From NCBI RefSeq assembly GCF_004010195.1, contig NC_057719.1:55390357-55410356 (forward strand): 20,000 bases of DNA, given 5' to 3'. Made by a program: the position numbers and the translations under genes. This document shows, one piece after another, positions 19,567 through 20,000 of the stretch. The notes under the pieces are model-generated. The model did not search any database. It was not told the DNA's origin and was given only the letters and a program-made list of their open reading frames with translations. Source of the DNA: Chiloscyllium plagiosum (lineage: Eukaryota). Within the stretch, counting starts at the first letter, position 1. Every line of letters begins with the position of its first letter.

Positions 19567-20000
19567 TGTGAGAGACGATTTCGGTACAAATAGTTAAGAT
19601 GTGCATGACCTCAGAGTCTAAGGGGAATAGAGCCATGGGGGTAGGGTAAAACATGCTTCTCTATAATAAAAGACGAGGCATCTGCTGCTACAGAGTAGAA
19701 AAACAAGTCCTTGATTATTAAGACCACTAACTCTGACAGAGAAGAATAAGTCCTTGACTGATAAGATTACAGGGTAGAAAAACAACTCGGGAAACTGTTG
19801 CAGACTTTGTGAGAATGTGAACCTCGTGACTCTTTAGAGCTATAGAGGGGAGGGACTTGTACTGTATTTAATCAGAAACATTGTTAGCCTGGCGCGCCTT
19901 TTTTTTCAAGGGGTGCCCAACTCTGCAGACTTGCTAATAAAACTTTGTTTTCCTGAATTTGTCGAGAGCGATTATTGAGAAGCGATTTTCATTTCTAACA
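19567..20000 (+). mobile_element. Probable LTR (ERV or LTR-retrotransposon), solo or 5' LTR
   Basis: Starts TGTGAGA and the window ends ...TTCTAACA (TGT...ACA imperfect inverted termini). U3-like internal direct repeats, TATA-like TATTTAA 19865-19871, AATAAA 19936-19941 followed by a T/GT-rich tract, and retained CpGs. The right flank is not visible. Confidence 0.6.

Overview
Eukaryotic, repeat-rich non-coding DNA, almost certainly from a cartilaginous fish (shark/ray). It carries HE1-type V-SINEs, several CR1-clade LINE fragments of different ages, Penelope-like element (PLE) fragments with hammerhead-ribozyme-like cores, an L2 remnant, a TA-flanked Tc1/mariner-pogo-type MITE and a probable LTR at the right edge. 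No host protein-coding gene can be confidently called, and all recognisable ORFs are retroelement-derived. There are five main points of interest. (i) A set of PLE 3' ends carry CUGAUGA-stemII-GAAA hammerhead motifs whose stem II shows compensatory changes between copies. (ii) A ~170-bp PLE-derived insertion forms a near-perfect 63-bp hairpin, has a 13-bp TSD and folds back at a putative ribozyme site. (iii) A head-to-head inverted PLE looks like a twin-priming product. (iv) A five-element nested insertion stack at 2.65-5.33 kb has readable TSDs and includes a very young CR1 with an open ORF2 tail. (v) There is a weak candidate minus-strand exon at 12987-13078. All family assignments come from motif recognition by eye, not database searches.
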